DNA of 64,000 nucleotides from Bacillota bacterium (GTDB lineage Bacteria; Bacillota; Sulfobacillia; Symbiobacteriales; Symbiobacteriaceae): NCBI GenBank assembly GCA_049324875.1, contig JBMONC010000063.1, positions 5,012 to 69,011 of the forward strand, read 5' to 3'. Shown piece by piece: positions 60,318 to 64,000 of this stretch (position 1 is its first letter; each line of letters starts with the position of its first letter). The notes under the pieces were generated by a model. It saw only the letters and a program-made list of their open reading frames with translations, ran no database searches and was not told where the DNA came from. The position numbers and the translations under genes were made by a program.

Positions 60318-61991
60318 CTACTTGCTGCTGGTATCGAAGAAGAAGCTGCCCGAGCCGCTGTAGCTGTATACACGGATCGTATAGGTGCCGGTGCTGCTGG
60401 GCTGGTAGAGGATCGTCTCCTGCCGCTTCGTTCCCTCAGCTCGGGCCACCAGGCTGCCGGCAGGGTTGTAGAGGTAGAGGTCAAAGTCCGGGCTTCCGCC
60501 AAAGAGGCCGGCCTTCCAGTCGGGGATGATCAGGGTGATGGCGATGGGCTTGCTGGCGTCGGTGATGCTCAGGCTGTAATACTTGGACTCGCCGGTTCCG
60601 CCCAAAGAGCCGGAGGCGTAGCCGTGGTTCAGGCCATCGTCGAAGCTGCCGGTGCCACCGGCCGCGGCCTTGACGGCGTTGTAGGCCAGCAGCATGCCGT
60701 AGCCGTAGTCCACGTCCTTGCCGGACGGGCCCCAGTCCTCCACGTTGGCGTACAGGATGCTCTTCACGCCCGAGTCGGTCAGGGTGTAGTCCGCATCCAG
60801 CATCAACGCCACCACACCTGCGGCGAAGGGGGTCGCCATCGAGGTGCCGCTGTAGACCACGTAGCCGTTGCCGGAGTTGGCCCGGGCAGCGTTGATGTAC
60901 CGGCCCGGGGTGACAATGTCCGGCTTGATCCGGCCGTCGGCGGTGGGACCGCGGCTCGAGAACTCAGCCAGCGCCCAGCCCTTCTCGCCGGGGTCGTAGG
61001 AGGCGCCCACTGTGATCGCCTTGGCCGCTGCCCCGGGAGCGCCGATGGTGCACTTGGCGGGCCCCGAGTTGCCGGCGGCCACGAGCATGATGATCCCGTT
61101 GTCGACGGCGTTGTTGACCGCTGTCGAGAGCGAGTCGGTTCCGTCGGAGCAGCCGGAGGAGCCCAGGGACATGTTGGCCGCTCGGATCCCGTAGGTGTTC
61201 TTGTTGCTGATCATCCAGTTGATCCCGCTGATGATGCCGCTGGTAGATCCAGACCCGTTCTTGTCCAGGACCTTGATGCCCACCAGGGCCGCCCCCGGTG
61301 CGACACCCCGGCTGACGCCGTCGCCCTCGCCGGTACCGGCCACAATGGAGGCCACGTGGGTACCGTGCCCGTGGTCATCATAGGCACTGGCCTTGCCGTT
61401 GATCACATCGTACCAGCCGATCACCTTCCCGCCGTCCAGATCCACATGGGCGGCGTCCACGCCGGTGTCAAGGACGGCCACCACCACATCCGTCTTGCTG
61501 TACGAGGCGGCGTTGCCGTCCCGATCACCATCGACCCCGTAGTCGGTCCGGGCGGCGTTGACGCCCGTCCAGTGGGTGGCGGTGGAGAGGAGCGCCTGGA
61601 CCTCACGGTCGGGCTCGACGCTGGCGACGAAGGGCAGGCGGGCGGCAGCGAGGATCTGACCCCTGGTCAGGGAGGCCGCAAAGCCGTGGATCGCCACGTC
61701 CCAGCGATGGGTGGTGGTGAAGGGGCCGATCTGATCAGCCATGGCCGCGTAGGTGCTGGCATCGGCCTTGCCCGTGAAGCGGACGACCACGTCGAAGCGG
61801 GCCTCCTGTGAGGCACCCGTGAGCATGGACTCCAGATCATCGAACAGACGGTTGCCGTCCCTGTCGGTGATGCTGGGCAGGGCGGGCTCGGGGGCGGGCC
61901 TCTCCTTCTCTGCCAAGGCGGTGCCGGACAGGCTGGTGACAACGAGCAGGGCAGCGAACAGCAGGCTCAGAAACCGGAAACTCCTTCTCAC
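60318..61991 (-). CDS. Secreted subtilisin-like serine protease (S8) with I9 propeptide and C-terminal PPC domain
   Basis: Signal peptide MRRSFRFLSLLFAALLVVTSLSGTALA. Catalytic triad blocks VAVLDTGVD, HGHGTHVASIVAG and SGTSMATPFAAG. C-terminal pre-peptidase-like YYSLSITD...DFDLYLYNPAG...GTYTIRVYSYSG. GTG start with AGGAGGG upstream. Confidence 0.9.
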   Translation of the reverse strand: MRRSFRFLSLLFAALLVVTSLSGTALAEKERPAPEPALPSITDRDGNRLFDDLESMLTGASQEARFDVVVRFTGKADASTYAAMADQIGPFTTTHRWDVAIHGFAASLTRGQILAAARLPFVASVEPDREVQALLSTATHWTGVNAARTDYGVDGDRDGNAASYSKTDVVVAVLDTGVDAAHVDLDGGKVIGWYDVINGKASAYDDHGHGTHVASIVAGTGEGDGVSRGVAPGAALVGIKVLDKNGSGSTSGIISGINWMISNKNTYGIRAANMSLGSSGCSDGTDSLSTAVNNAVDNGIIMLVAAGNSGPAKCTIGAPGAAAKAITVGASYDPGEKGWALAEFSSRGPTADGRIKPDIVTPGRYINAARANSGNGYVVYSGTSMATPFAAGVVALMLDADYTLTDSGVKSILYANVEDWGPSGKDVDYGYGMLLAYNAVKAAAGGTGSFDDGLNHGYASGSLGGTGESKYYSLSITDASKPIAITLIIPDWKAGLFGGSPDFDLYLYNPAGSLVARAEGTKRQETILYQPSSTGTYTIRVYSYSGSGSFFFDTSSK

Positions 61992-62182
61992 TTGTCTGTC
62001 CCTCCTGTGGTTAGACGTGCCTAATACTTTATGCTAGTAATATTAGAATTCCCTCTCGATTTGTTATAAAAATACATTTAATTGCGCATATTTAGGCATC
62101 GAGAGATTTAATGGATTCTTCCAGAAGGACAGATTTTGGGTAGGCCTACTATTCGACTGGGGAAGGGTTGGGGGGCAGAAGT

Positions 62183-62208
62183 AAAACGGACCGGGCCGAA
62201 GCCCGGTC
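62183..62208 (-). terminator. Intrinsic terminator after nadD
   Basis: GACCGGGC / GCCCGGTC stem with a CGAA loop, overlapping the nadD stop. On the minus strand it is followed by GTTTTACTT. Confidence 0.7.
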
Positions 62209-62824
62209 AGTTCCCGGTATAGAGTCGATGCGCTGCGATGTACCGTTCCACAGGTTCGGGGACCAGGTACCGGAGCGGGTAGCCCTCGGCCGCCAGCCGG
62301 CGCAGGTCGCGGGCAGCCACCGCCACCCCGGGGATCTGCAGCAGGCGGATGCGCCGGCTCAGCTCCGGCCCCAGGGCAGCCAGCATCGCCTCGCCCTCGG
62401 CCGTGGGGAAGCCGGGCCGGTTGACCACCAGCAGGTCGACCAGGGAGAGCAAGGTGGTGTACTCCCGCCAGGTGGTGATCTCCAGCAGCGAGTCCATCCC
62501 CACCAGGAAGGCCAGCCGCCAGTCGGGGTGGAGCGCCTGCAGCGCCCGCACCGTGTCGATGGTGTAGGAGGGGCCCTCCCGGGAGAGCTCCAGGTCGGAG
62601 TAGGCGAAGCGCGGGTTGGAGGCGATGGCAAGCTGCACCATGGCGGCCCGGTGGGCCGCATCGCTGACCGGGCGCCCCGCCTTGTGGGGCGGCTGCCGGT
62701 TGGGCAGGAAGAGCACCTGGTCCAGCCCGGCCAGGTGCATCGCCCCCTCAGCCAGGGCCAGGTGGCCCAGGTGGATCGGGTCAAAGGTTCCGCCGAGAAC
62801 GCCGATGTAGGGCAACGCCCGCAC
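62207..62824 (-). CDS. nadD: Nicotinate-nucleotide adenylyltransferase
   Basis: GVLGGTFDPIHLGHL (HxGH), 205 aa, conserved position after yhbY. Confidence 0.9.
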   Translation of the reverse strand: MRALPYIGVLGGTFDPIHLGHLALAEGAMHLAGLDQVLFLPNRQPPHKAGRPVSDAAHRAAMVQLAIASNPRFAYSDLELSREGPSYTIDTVRALQALHPDWRLAFLVGMDSLLEITTWREYTTLLSLVDLLVVNRPGFPTAEGEAMLAALGPELSRRIRLLQIPGVAVAARDLRRLAAEGYPLRYLVPEPVERYIAAHRLYTGN

Positions 62825-62850
62825 CTCCTCGGACCCGGTTCTCTGCGCCG

Positions 62851-63147
62851 CTAGTCGGGCAGGACGATCTTCGGCTCCTTCGGGTTCCGCCGGTAGAGCA
62901 GGAAGTTGCGGCCCACCACCTGCACCAGCGCCGCCCGGGTCCGCTCTGCGATCTCGGCGGCGATGGCTGCCGGCTCCTCCGGCGCCGTCTGGAGCACCCG
63001 TCCCTTGATCAGCTCCCGGGCCAACAGCGCCCCGTCGGCCTGCACGATGGTGTTCTCCGAGACGCCGTCCTTGCCGATGGTCAAAATCGGATCCATGGTG
63101 ACCCCCATGGCCCTCAGGAACCGCTTCTGCTTGCCGCGCAACTCCAC
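62851..63147 (-). CDS. yhbY: CRM-domain RNA-binding protein YhbY/YqeI
   Basis: LRGKQKRFLRAMG..MDPILTIGKDGVSENTIVQADGALLARELIKGRVL, 98 aa. Confidence 0.85.
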   Translation of the reverse strand: MELRGKQKRFLRAMGVTMDPILTIGKDGVSENTIVQADGALLARELIKGRVLQTAPEEPAAIAAEIAERTRAALVQVVGRNFLLYRRNPKEPKIVLPD

Positions 63148-63170
63148 GCTTACTCTCTCCTTGGATGGGA

Positions 63171-64000
63171 TCAGATGGGATCGCTGGTCAGTTCAAACTC
63201 GATGTCCGAGACGCGGATCGTGTCGCCATCCTCGGCGCCGTAGTCCCGCAGCGCCTGCTCGATCCCCTTCTTCTTGAGGATGTGCAGGAACCGCTTGACC
63301 GCCTCGTCGTTCTCCCACATGGTCATGGCCACCAGCCGGTCGATCTCCTTGCCACCCACATGCCAGATCCCGTCCCGCTTGAAGATGTGCCAGTCCTCCT
63401 CGCGGGGCCGGTAGACCTTCTCCGCCTCGGGCCGTTCGGGCTCGGGGGGCACCCAGGCAGCGATCAGGTCCGCCGTGGCCTGCAGCAGCGGCCGGAACCC
63501 CTCCCCGGTCGCCCCGGAGATGGGGAAGAGCCGGTAGCCCTCCTTCTCCAGCGCCTCCCGCACCCGGGGCAGGTGCTCCTGCGCCTCGGGCAGGTCCATC
63601 TTGTTGAAGGCGACCAGGGTCGGGCGGCCGGCCAGCGCCTCGTTGTACTCCCGCAGCTCCCGCTGGATCACGTAGAAGTCGTCCAGGGGGTCCCGCCCCT
63701 CGGTGCCGGCGCCGTCCAGCACATGGATCAGCACCTTGGTCCGCTCCACATGGCGCAGGAACTCGTGCCCCAGCCCCACCCCCTGGTGGGCGCCCTCGAT
63801 CAGCCCCGGGATGTCGGCCAGCACGAAGGAGCGGCCGTCGCCCGTCTCCACCACCCCGAGCACCGGGTTGAGCGTGGTGAAGGGGTAGTTGGCGATCTTC
63901 GGCCGGGCGGCGGAGACGGTGGCGAGGAAGGTGGACTTGCCGGCGTTGGGGAAGCCCACCAGCCCGGCATCGGCCACCACCTTCAGCTCCAGGATCAGCC
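63171..64000 (-). CDS. obg: GTPase Obg/CgtA, C-terminal part (N-terminus beyond window end)
   Basis: G motifs GFPNAGKST, DIPGLIEGA and NKMD, plus a C-terminal OCT-like domain (..DGIWHVGGKEIDRLVAMT.WENDEAVKRFLHILKKKGIEQALRDYGAEDGDTIRV). The frame stays open to base 64000 (..LILELKVVADAGL..), so the track's Met at 63980 is internal. Confidence 0.9.
   Translation of the reverse strand, partial: LILELKVVADAGLVGFPNAGKSTFLATVSAARPKIANYPFTTLNPVLGVVETGDGRSFVLADIPGLIEGAHQGVGLGHEFLRHVERTKVLIHVLDGAGTEGRDPLDDFYVIQRELREYNEALAGRPTLVAFNKMDLPEAQEHLPRVREALEKEGYRLFPISGATGEGFRPLLQATADLIAAWVPPEPERPEAEKVYRPREEDWHIFKRDGIWHVGGKEIDRLVAMTMWENDEAVKRFLHILKKKGIEQALRDYGAEDGDTIRVSDIEFELTSDPI

Noticed and set aside
62010-62150. 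Mobile element or insertion scar upstream of the S8 protease
   Set aside because: No transposase ORF or terminal inverted repeats with target duplication. The protease gene itself has native GC3. I treat the region as a regulatory AT-rich promoter region.
1-64000. tRNA, rRNA or tmRNA genes
   Set aside because: By eye I found no cloverleaf-like GC-rich 70-90-nt segments in the intergenic gaps and no rRNA-like conserved stretches. This should be confirmed with tRNAscan-SE and Infernal.

Overview
Very GC-rich bacterial chromosome segment (G+C judged by eye, not computed), coded almost entirely on the minus strand. The obg-yhbY-nadD-yqeK-rsfS array, comEA, a T-box-controlled leuS, an LCP protein, lipobox lipoproteins and strong GGAGG Shine-Dalgarno sites suggest a high-GC Bacillota lineage (Symbiobacterium/Thermaerobacter/Limnochordia-like; inference only). 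Left to right: (1) a type IV pilus operon: pilB, pilC, major pilin, two minor pilins, and a large PilX-like gene that runs off the left edge and is missing from the ORF track. (2) A 1321-aa SARP/BTAD - degenerate GGDEF - P-loop - TPR regulator, flanked on both sides by the same purine-rich direct repeats. (3) A ROK regulator / ArgH-like lyase / CUT1 sugar ABC operon. (4) A Sec-exported protein built from two gp19/Afp1-like tail-tube modules. (5) A roughly 15.5-kb, 16-gene contractile tail-like locus (sheath to unknown distal genes) with its own promoter and a PAAR protein, but no head, lysis, integrase, AAA+ ATPase or LysM genes. This is the most interesting system in the window. (6) A homogentisate (tyrosine) catabolic operon plus an aminotransferase. 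(7) Housekeeping and transport genes: cysteine-synthase-like, nfo, ACR3/BASS, azlCD, comEA, BON, leuS. (8) Two tandem soluble MCP-like paralogs with inverted domain order and an atypical hairpin tip. (9) ponA, rsfS, LCP, yqeK, an inserted S8 protease, nadD, yhbY and obg (partial). I saw no rRNA, tRNA, CRISPR array, transposase or integrase. Most long plus-strand ORFs in the track are antisense shadows of minus-strand genes in stop-codon-poor DNA.
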